Source of the DNA: Chitinophagales bacterium
GTDB taxonomy: Bacteria > Bacteroidota > Bacteroidia > Chitinophagales > BACL12
NCBI GenBank assembly: GCA_046160675.1
Contig: JBJXHH010000004.1
Location: forward strand, 1-62,351
Reading direction: 5' to 3'
DNA length: 62,351 nt
In this document: positions 55,321 through 62,351 of the stretch, one piece after another
How the letters are laid out: each line of letters begins with the position of its first letter
Position numbering within the stretch: the first letter of the stretch is position 1
Notes under the pieces: generated by a model
Seen by the model: only the letters and a program-made list of their open reading frames with translations
What the model was told of the DNA's origin: nothing
The model's database searches: none
Translations under genes and position numbers: made by a program

Positions 55321-57090
55321 TTGAAGGTTCTAAAAAGCATATTATTATTTTTATTTGCGTCTCTTTTTTTTCATAAAACTGAGGCCCAGTCTTTAATTCC
55401 CTGTGATTTAATTTGTGCAACAACTCAAGTAAGCGGAGATGTTATTCTTGAATGGGACCCCTCTACAGAATCCTGCGGCCCTTTCATTGAATATATTATT
55501 TATGCAAGCAATTCAATAACCGGACCCTACAGCATTCTTGATTTCATTTTTTCTGAATCAACCACTACCTATACGCATATTGGGGCTGATGGAACATCAA
55601 CTACCTGGTATTATTTTATTGACGTTTTGTTTGATTGCCCCGGGTACTTAACAACGCATAGTGACACACTCGATAACTTAGACCCAACTGCGCCGGTTAT
55701 TGATTATGTTAGCGTAACAACAGGCGGTGTTGATATTTTCTGGGAGCCGAGCACCTCATCAAAAACCAGCGGCTATACAATTTATAGGGACATGGGAGGA
55801 TTTGTTGCAATTGGCACAGTAGACGGGAGATTCACAACAACTTTTTTTGATAACTCTGCAAGTGCAGGAACTCATGTGGAAACTTATACCATCGCCGCAA
55901 CAGATGATTGCGATAACATAGGCCCTTTTAATGTGAATCCTCACCACACTATTCTCATGACAGCAACACAGCTGGGATGTTCTGATGCGATGGAGTTAGC
56001 ATGGAATTTTTATGACACATGGCCTGCAGGAGTACTTGAATATCAGGTTTGGCTTGATGTAAGCAGCACTGGAAATACTCTGATAGCAACACTTCCTTCA
56101 ACAATAAATACCTACACTTATGCCGGTTTGAACGATAGTGATATTTTTAATTTTACTGTTGTTGCGGTGCGGGCAGATGGCTCAGCAGCATCTGTTTCCA
56201 ACGCATGGAATTTTAGTGTCAATGTTGTTGAACCCGCAAAATTTAATGTGATAAGAAATGCAACCGTGCCAAACTCCGGTGTAGTAGAAATTGGCTGGTA
56301 TGCCGATAACTCAGCTGATCTGCTGAGATATGAAATTCAAAGAAGTGAAGATGGGGCTGGTTATACAACAATCTTTTCTCAAAACACAATCAACCCCACG
56401 GCCTCTCCAGATCTTTACACTGATAACACTGCGGTAACAAATCAGAAAAGTTATTATTACAAAACGATTACAACTGATAGTTGTGAAGAACAAGTTTCTT
56501 CCGGGTTTGTAAGAACAATTTTATTGAACGGAATTGGCAATGATAATTTCACAAACCAACTTACCTGGAATCCTTTCGAAATGACAAATGCCGTTGTTCA
56601 GGATTACAATCTTTTCAGAAGTATTTCCGGAACACAAGAACTCATTGCAACTGTAAGTTCATCTTTGTTGAGTTATCTTGACGATGTAGCACCTATTATC
56701 ACCATTACTGATTCCGCCTGTTACTTTGTTGAGGCGAATTATATTTTGAACTCTGTTTCACCAGCTATCAACGAACAACTCATAAGCCGTTCAAACAAAG
56801 TATGTTTTCAGCAAGACCCCAAAGTATATGTACCGAATGCCATTGTTCCCGGATCTGCCAATGGTATTTTTAAACCCGTTATTGTTTTTGGTGATGATAA
56901 TAGTTTTAATATGCAGATTTTCAATCGTTATGGTGAAGTGATCTTTGAATCATTTGATGCAAATGAAGGCTGGGACGGAACTTTCAAAGGTGATATTGTG
57001 CCTGTGGGAACGTACGCTTACCTTATTTCATTTCTAACTACTGATGGAGAGCCCGTAAAAAAGAAAGGCAACGTTACAGTTATCCGCTGA
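55321..57090 (+). CDS. secreted fibronectin-III-like repeat protein with divergent T9SS type B C-terminal domain
   Basis: TTG start is the only start candidate in the frame. Signal peptide LKVLKSILLFLFASLFFHKTEAQ. Repeated W-x-P/W-N-x FN3-like modules. C-terminal 90 aa (56818-57087) read YVPNAIVPGSANGIFKP...IFNRYGEVIFE...WDGTFKG...GTYAYLI...GNVTVIR. Confidence 0.8.
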   Translation: MKVLKSILLFLFASLFFHKTEAQSLIPCDLICATTQVSGDVILEWDPSTESCGPFIEYIIYASNSITGPYSILDFIFSESTTTYTHIGADGTSTTWYYFIDVLFDCPGYLTTHSDTLDNLDPTAPVIDYVSVTTGGVDIFWEPSTSSKTSGYTIYRDMGGFVAIGTVDGRFTTTFFDNSASAGTHVETYTIAATDDCDNIGPFNVNPHHTILMTATQLGCSDAMELAWNFYDTWPAGVLEYQVWLDVSSTGNTLIATLPSTINTYTYAGLNDSDIFNFTVVAVRADGSAASVSNAWNFSVNVVEPAKFNVIRNATVPNSGVVEIGWYADNSADLLRYEIQRSEDGAGYTTIFSQNTINPTASPDLYTDNTAVTNQKSYYYKTITTDSCEEQVSSGFVRTILLNGIGNDNFTNQLTWNPFEMTNAVVQDYNLFRSISGTQELIATVSSSLLSYLDDVAPIITITDSACYFVEANYILNSVSPAINEQLISRSNKVCFQQDPKVYVPNAIVPGSANGIFKPVIVFGDDNSFNMQIFNRYGEVIFESFDANEGWDGTFKGDIVPVGTYAYLISFLTTDGEPVKKKGNVTVIR

Positions 57091-57143
57091 TCTCTGTTTT
57101 TATTTTCTAATCTTTCGTACTTTTATCTTTTAAACCAACTGCT

Positions 57144-58163
57144 ATGATTTCTTTCAAAAAAAATGCAGTAATTACATTCTTGTCTTTGTTTGTAATGCAG
57201 CTTATATCAGCACAAAATCCTTTGCAGCAATATTTTAAAACTACTGAAACGGGCGTACAGGATGGTGGCATAAAAATGATTCCTATAAAAACGCCGAAAG
57301 GTGAGTTCAATGTCTGGACAAAACGATTCGGAAATAATCCGAAAATAAAACTCCTTCTCCTGAACGGCGGTCCTGGAGCAACCCATGAATATTTTGAATG
57401 TTTTGAAAATTTTCTACCCGCAGAAGGAATTGAGTTCATTTATTACGATCAGCTTGCCTGCGGAAATTCTGATAATCCTGATGATACAAGTTTATATGAT
57501 CTTACAAGGTATGTTGACGAGGTGGAACAGGTAAGAATTGCTCTGGGATTAAATAAAGATAATTTTTATTTGCTAGGGCATTCCTGGGGTGGGATCCTTT
57601 GCATGGAGTACGGGCTAAAGTACGGGGAAAATTTAAAGGGTTTAATTATTTCAAACATGATGGCGAGTGCGCCGAAGTATGGAAAATATGCTGATGAAGT
57701 GCTTGCAAAACAAATGGACCAGGATGTACTGAAAAAAATCCGGGCAATTGAAGAGGCCGGGGATTTTACAAATCCTGATTACATGGGTTTGCTCATGCCT
57801 AACTTTTATAACAAACATATTTGTCGCCTCCCCATGGATGAATGGCCCGAACCCATGAATCGTTCTTTTGCAAAAATGAATAGCAGCTTATATGTAATTA
57901 TGCAAGGACCCAGCGAATTTGGGGTTGCCGGAAAACTGGAATATTGGGATAGGAGTAACGACCTGAAGAACCTGAAAATGCCAACACTTGTTATCAGTGC
58001 ACAGTATGATACTATGGATCCGAAATATATGGAATGGATGAGTAAACAAATTTCGAGAGGGTCTTATTTATACTGCGAAAACGGCAGTCACATGTGTATG
58101 TATGACGACCAGGCGACTTATATGAAAGGCTTGATCGCCTTTTTGCAAAATACAAGTAAATAA
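57144..58163 (+). CDS. proline iminopeptidase-family alpha/beta hydrolase (S33), secreted
   Basis: LLLNGGPGATHEY and the nucleophile elbow GHSWGG. Signal peptide. Confidence 0.85.
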   Translation: MISFKKNAVITFLSLFVMQLISAQNPLQQYFKTTETGVQDGGIKMIPIKTPKGEFNVWTKRFGNNPKIKLLLLNGGPGATHEYFECFENFLPAEGIEFIYYDQLACGNSDNPDDTSLYDLTRYVDEVEQVRIALGLNKDNFYLLGHSWGGILCMEYGLKYGENLKGLIISNMMASAPKYGKYADEVLAKQMDQDVLKKIRAIEEAGDFTNPDYMGLLMPNFYNKHICRLPMDEWPEPMNRSFAKMNSSLYVIMQGPSEFGVAGKLEYWDRSNDLKNLKMPTLVISAQYDTMDPKYMEWMSKQISRGSYLYCENGSHMCMYDDQATYMKGLIAFLQNTSK

Positions 58164-58169
58164 TTTTCT

Positions 58170-58568
58170 ATGGAAGAGAAAGTAAAAAAGAAAAGCGGCT
58201 TCAGAAAAGTTTTATTTTGGAGCATTTTCATCATTATTGCAGTTTCTGCATTGCTCATTTATTGGTTTTATTTCAACACTTACAGCAAAGGAAACAGAGC
58301 GGGTATTTTACAAAAGTTTTCATATAAAGGAAACATCTTTAAAACGTATGAAGGCGAATTAATAATGAGTAGTATTAAAAGTAATCAGAATGTGCCGCTT
58401 GCCTCAGAAAAATTTTTCTTTTCAGTAACCAATGATTCCATTGCTTCGTTGCTCTCGGAGATGGAAGGGCGATATGTGAAATTGCACTATGAAGAAAAAC
58501 GCCGCACTCTTCCCTGGCGGGGTGATAGCCCTTATATTGTTGACGGGGTTACAGAAGTAAATGAATAA
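58170..58568 (+). CDS. hypothetical N-terminally membrane-anchored protein
   Basis: Single TM helix VLFWSIFIIIAVSALLIYWFYF. No recognisable domain. Stop overlaps the start of the Crp-like gene (ATGAATAA). Confidence 0.6.
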   Translation: MEEKVKKKSGFRKVLFWSIFIIIAVSALLIYWFYFNTYSKGNRAGILQKFSYKGNIFKTYEGELIMSSIKSNQNVPLASEKFFFSVTNDSIASLLSEMEGRYVKLHYEEKRRTLPWRGDSPYIVDGVTEVNE

Positions 58569-59142
58569 ATTGTTCGATGATATCCATGCCTATTTCAACC
58601 TCTTTCATCCAATCTCAGATGAAGAGTTCGGGTATTTTCTTGCAGATCATGAATTGAAAAAATACAAACGCAATGACATCATTACTGCCGAAGGGCAGGT
58701 TCAAAAAAATATGATGCTCATTACAGAAGGGGTTCAGTACTCTTATTACCTGCATGATGGTAAAAAACAAGTGATTGCATTTACTTATCCAATTAACTTG
58801 AGTGGGTTGCCTGAAAGCTTTATTACTCAAACCCCTTCAAGGTATTTTTTAGAAGCCTTGACTGATACAACTGCAATTGAGATCTCTCATGAACGGGTGA
58901 TGAAATTATTTGATATGCATCAAAACTTAGAGAGGCTTTCAAGAAAAATGACAGAAATGATCCTTATTGGCCTTATACACCGCCATTATGAATTACTTAC
59001 ACAAACTATGGAAGAACGTTTTCTTGCATTTGCACAGCGCAGCCCCCATTTATTTCAACTCATTCCGCATAAATACATTGCCTCCTACCTCGGCATGGAT
59101 GCTACTAATTTTAGTAAGTTATATAACTCAGTGAAAGTTTAA
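58561..59142 (+). CDS. Crp/Fnr family transcriptional regulator
   Basis: About 190 aa. N-terminal cNMP-binding-like beta-roll. C-terminal HTH IASYLGMDATNFSKL. Confidence 0.85.
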   Translation: MNKLFDDIHAYFNLFHPISDEEFGYFLADHELKKYKRNDIITAEGQVQKNMMLITEGVQYSYYLHDGKKQVIAFTYPINLSGLPESFITQTPSRYFLEALTDTTAIEISHERVMKLFDMHQNLERLSRKMTEMILIGLIHRHYELLTQTMEERFLAFAQRSPHLFQLIPHKYIASYLGMDATNFSKLYNSVKV

Positions 59143-59155
59143 TACTTGGTAAGAA

Positions 59156-59175
59156 AAGTTGGTTTGCGCCAACTT
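59156..59175. promoter_or_regulatory. perfect palindrome AAGTTGG-N6-CCAACTT between the Crp-like gene and the hydrolase gene (Crp-type site or weak terminator hairpin)
   Basis: 7-bp arms with a 6-nt spacer. A near -7 box GAATTTTG is at 59195-59202. Confidence 0.35.
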
Positions 59176-59223
59176 TCTTTAGCCTGTTTCAACCGAATTT
59201 TGCCTTACAAATGCCATCAACTT

Positions 59224-60087
59224 ATGCAAACTATAAATTGGCTCAACAGAACTGAATACCCCTTTCATCTAAATACATACAAAACTCCCGAAGGCAATAT
59301 GAATTACATTGATGAGGGGAAGGGCGATGTGCTTGTATTTGTGCATGGCACACCTGAATGGAGTTATTCATTTCGTAGTGTCATAACATCTCTTTCAAAA
59401 AATTATCGTTGCATTGCGCCCGATCATCTTGGTTTCGGGCTGAGTGATAAAAAACAAACCGCTGATTATTCTGTAAAAGCGCATGCTGAAAGATTAGAAA
59501 AATTTATAAATCATCTGCAATTAAAAAATATCGCTCTTGTTGCGGGAGATTTCGGCGGTGGCTTTGCTTTGCATTACGCCATTAAAAACCCGGAAAATGT
59601 ACGCCGCATCATTCTTTGGAATACATGGATGTGGGATGTGATGCATGATAAGCACTTCAGCGCCCCTGCGAAAATCATTCATACCTGGTTAGGGAAGTTT
59701 ATGTACAAAAACCTAAATGCTCCTGTAAATATGATCATGCCGCAGGCTTACGGCGACAGGGGAAAACTGACGAAAGAAATTCATAAGCATTATAAAATAC
59801 CTCTCAACAATTCTGCAAACAGAATTGCAGCCTACGCCATTGCAAAACAATTGAAAGATGCCGGACCCTGGTGGAATGAACAATGGAATCAACTTCATGA
59901 AATTCAAAACATACCTGTTTTATTTACCTGGGGTATGAAAGACAAATTTCTTCCCCCCTACCTAATTGAAACCTGGAAGAAAAAACTTCCACATGCAAAA
60001 ATCATAGAATTAAAAAACTGTGGACATTTTGTGCCGGAGGAGGATGCGGAGGGATTTATGGAAGCAGTTTACAAGTTTTTAAATTGA
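59224..60087 (+). CDS. alpha/beta hydrolase, haloalkane dehalogenase/epoxide hydrolase-like (Asp nucleophile)
   Basis: VFVHGTPEWSYSFR, DHLGFGLSDK, nucleophile elbow VAGDFGGG, C-terminal CGHFVPEE. ATG 59224 (MQTINWLNRTEYPF) is preferred over the listed TTG 59146. Confidence 0.85.
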   Translation: MQTINWLNRTEYPFHLNTYKTPEGNMNYIDEGKGDVLVFVHGTPEWSYSFRSVITSLSKNYRCIAPDHLGFGLSDKKQTADYSVKAHAERLEKFINHLQLKNIALVAGDFGGGFALHYAIKNPENVRRIILWNTWMWDVMHDKHFSAPAKIIHTWLGKFMYKNLNAPVNMIMPQAYGDRGKLTKEIHKHYKIPLNNSANRIAAYAIAKQLKDAGPWWNEQWNQLHEIQNIPVLFTWGMKDKFLPPYLIETWKKKLPHAKIIELKNCGHFVPEEDAEGFMEAVYKFLN

Positions 60088-60089
60088 TT

Positions 60090-61895
60090 TCATTCCTTCT
60101 CCAAAACCATCTGATACGCCTTCTCATATTCTGCACTTAGCTTGTTCCATGAAAAGTTTTCAGCATAACTTTCCACTGTGTTGCGCAAAATAATTCTTTC
60201 CCTTCGGGAGAGTTGCACAAAGTCCATCATGATGTTACAGAGATCATCGGCACTCTCATCAAACGTTTTATTTTTTCTTCGTACAATATAAATCCCTTTC
60301 TCATCAAGGTCACGGAACCGTTTCTGGCAATAATCGCCAAACCCGCTCAGGTCGCTGGTTACAGCCGGCACACCACGGGCAACACATTCAAGTGGTGTAT
60401 AACCCCAGGGTTCGTAGTAACTTGGAAAAATGCCGAGGTGACAGCCCCGCACAAACTGCGGGTAATCCATGCCGAATAGCGGTGAAGTCGGCGCTACAAA
60501 ATCGGGGTGATAAATAATTTTCACCTTGTCGTCTGGTTTATTTACCAGATTATGCTGACGGATATATCTAATAATCTCATCATTGTTATCATCTGTCAAA
60601 TTATGTGTTACAACTATTGGCCAGTAATCTGTCTTCCAGCTTTGTATCATTTGCCTGTAGCGATATTTCCAGTAATCATCCACATAATCGTTGAGATTCG
60701 GAAGATTGCTATCCGCATTTGTTGCTGCGGCTGTAAACAATTTCTCCCGGACTTGTTTCAATATTTCTTCGCTGGTGCTACGTATTTCGTTCATTGCAGC
60801 CCGTGTTTGTAATACTTTCGGGTTGATGGATTCAAACCGTTGTTTTGTGATGAAAAACATCACAACTGTTTTTTCAATTTTTTCCTTTTGCATTCTTGCA
60901 TTCAGCCTGCGCAATGCATCCAATGTAAGATCATATCCTTTGTTATGATATTCATACCTGCCCGATGTGAAGAAGTATAAAGTGTTATCAAGATCAAAAG
61001 TATAGCTGTGAAAAAAATGTGCCATGGTGAATTCATGAATCTTATCTGCAAAACGCTTGTGTAGGTTTTGAATTTCATGGGTGGCAATAAAGTTGAAAAG
61101 ATTTAGTCCATTAGGTAAGATATGATCTGCTTTTCTGCCAAGAAGGAATTCACATTCTTTTCCGGTAACATCACTCACTGTTGTCAGGATATCTGAATCC
61201 TGTGCAGCCATTCGCTCCAATCTTACTTGTGGTTCAATATAAAATTTTTGAGCTGCTTGCAGCCAGTTTATGGAGGGCAGGTTGCGGTAAAAATTATTAT
61301 CACTAGCTGCAACATATCTGCCCAGCATTGTAGCATGGGTTGTAAAAACAGTTTTAACTTTTAATTTCTGGGTTTTTATCTCGCCAATGGGCATACCCGT
61401 CATCCATTCATGAAAATGTGCGATAATGTCTCTGCCTTCAGCCTGCTTTTCCAATGCAATAAAGAATTGCAAAACAAGATGGCCGAAGCAAATCACCTGG
61501 TTAAGCAAGTCATCGGGATTGAAAATATTTACCTGGTGATTTTTTAATAAATATTGGCGGATATCTTTCAGGGAGTTTGTTGCCTGCTCAATCGGAATAA
61601 GAATGACCTTTGGGGTTCCCTGGGTAAGCCAACTCCCGTAGTGAATCTCAAAACCATTCTCTCGCATGGCTAAAACCGTTTTTCCGAAATCATCATCATA
61701 ATCCTGTGTTTCTTCAAATTCGGCGGGTAGTTTTTTTGAGAGTAGCGGACCGATCATGCAATAATGTTCACCCCATTTTTCTACAATACTTGCCGCTTTA
61801 CTTTTCACAACCGTGTAAATTCCGCCCACCTGGTTACACACTTCCCATGCGGTTTCAACAAGGAGAGGTTCGTATAATGATTTCTTTTTTGCCAT
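60090..61895 (-). CDS. glycogen synthase, eukaryote-type GT3 family
   Basis: LLVETAWEVCNQVGGIYTVVKSKA...HYCMIGP and GIFPSYYEPWGYTPLECVARGVPAVTSDLSGFG closely parallel yeast/animal glycogen synthase signatures. Confidence 0.9.
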   Translation of the reverse strand: MAKKKSLYEPLLVETAWEVCNQVGGIYTVVKSKAASIVEKWGEHYCMIGPLLSKKLPAEFEETQDYDDDFGKTVLAMRENGFEIHYGSWLTQGTPKVILIPIEQATNSLKDIRQYLLKNHQVNIFNPDDLLNQVICFGHLVLQFFIALEKQAEGRDIIAHFHEWMTGMPIGEIKTQKLKVKTVFTTHATMLGRYVAASDNNFYRNLPSINWLQAAQKFYIEPQVRLERMAAQDSDILTTVSDVTGKECEFLLGRKADHILPNGLNLFNFIATHEIQNLHKRFADKIHEFTMAHFFHSYTFDLDNTLYFFTSGRYEYHNKGYDLTLDALRRLNARMQKEKIEKTVVMFFITKQRFESINPKVLQTRAAMNEIRSTSEEILKQVREKLFTAAATNADSNLPNLNDYVDDYWKYRYRQMIQSWKTDYWPIVVTHNLTDDNNDEIIRYIRQHNLVNKPDDKVKIIYHPDFVAPTSPLFGMDYPQFVRGCHLGIFPSYYEPWGYTPLECVARGVPAVTSDLSGFGDYCQKRFRDLDEKGIYIVRRKNKTFDESADDLCNIMMDFVQLSRRERIILRNTVESYAENFSWNKLSAEYEKAYQMVLEKE

Positions 61896-61940
61896 GTTTA
61901 ATAATTCAAGTGAAAGGTAATAAGAAAAGTTTTACTTCTT

Positions 61941-62351
61941 TTATGCAATAAGATTTTTATAATCTTCCTGAGATATTTTGATAATTTCCTTTGCTTCCCC
62001 AGCATCATAAACATGAGTTATCTCACACTGATTCTCTGCTCCCGGCATAGCCTTGTAGGTAAGAAAATAATGGCGCAATCTTTCCAGCAAAGTAACGGGC
62101 AGGTCAGTAATGTTTTTCCATTGATTATACACTTCATCATGTTTCATCACAGCAATTATTTTATCGTCTGCCTGTCCTTTATCAATCATACGAAAGCCAC
62201 CAATTGGGATGGCCGGGATAAGAATATTTCCATGCGGAATGTTTTTTTCGGTGAACACACAAATGTCAAGGGGGTCTCCATCGCCATTAATATTTTTTCT
62301 TCCTGTTTTTTCTGCGCAGTAGTTGCCAATGCCTTGCCCGCAATATGTTTG
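61941..62351 (-). CDS. ppa: inorganic diphosphatase, family I (5' end beyond window)
   Basis: The frame stays open to nt 62351. My translation of 62259-62351 gives ...NGDGDPLDICVFTEK, continuing PIGGFRMIDKGQADDKIIAV... These are typical PPase motifs. Confidence 0.9.
   Translation of the reverse strand, partial: QTYCGQGIGNYCAEKTGRKNINGDGDPLDICVFTEKNIPHGNILIPAIPIGGFRMIDKGQADDKIIAVMKHDEVYNQWKNITDLPVTLLERLRHYFLTYKAMPGAENQCEITHVYDAGEAKEIIKISQEDYKNLIA

Noticed and set aside
59146-59223. A TTG-initiated 26-aa extension of the alpha/beta hydrolase.
   Set aside because: The region contains the palindrome and a near -7 box. ATG 59224 gives a typical hydrolase N-terminus.
1-62351. A search of the whole window for CRISPR arrays, tRNA/rRNA genes, IS elements, integrases, prophage genes, restriction-modification or toxin-antitoxin genes, and secondary-metabolite clusters.
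   Set aside because: None were found. All gaps over 80 bp were inspected and contain only promoter or terminator-like sequence. Every large ORF has a plausible housekeeping, transport or surface-protein assignment.

Overview
This 62.3 kb window is an AT-rich, very gene-dense chromosomal segment. I call 48 protein-coding genes, and most intergenic gaps are under 150 bp. I assign it to a Bacteroidota bacterium on four grounds. Six proteins end in type IX secretion (T9SS) C-terminal sorting domains (three type A, three type B gliding-motility type). At least 12 genes are preceded by the Bacteroidota -7 promoter box TAnnTTTG. Shine-Dalgarno sequences are essentially absent. Lineage-typical genes are present (TPR + DUF4292/LolB-like + M23 cluster, GT3 glycogen synthase, Arc-like small protein). 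The content is mostly core or housekeeping: gatA, tatA, dut, recQ, scpA, kbl, hutU, ppa (partial), an MltD-like transglycosylase, an M16 peptidase pair, a TetR-TolC-MFP-RND efflux operon, a YbdL-type aminotransferase with a YafV-type omega-amidase, ManC, a futalosine-pathway radical SAM enzyme and a GH13 amylase. I saw no rRNA, tRNA, CRISPR array, transposase, integrase, phage gene or recognisable defence or toxin gene. No large, convincing novel system is evident. The best candidates for undescribed biology are: (i) a translationally coupled operon of an SPFH/band-7 protein, an unassigned 2-TM protein and a 57-aa ribbon-helix-helix ORF missing from the ORF track, preceded by four GAT repeats phased at exactly 11 bp; (ii) an intradiol-dioxygenase-like protein with both a Tat-like (KR) signal peptide and a T9SS CTD; (iii) three large type B CTD proteins without PorP/SprF partner genes; (iv) several promoters whose -7 box abuts the start codon, implying leaderless mRNAs. 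All functional calls come from motif recognition by eye, and none were verified by database search.
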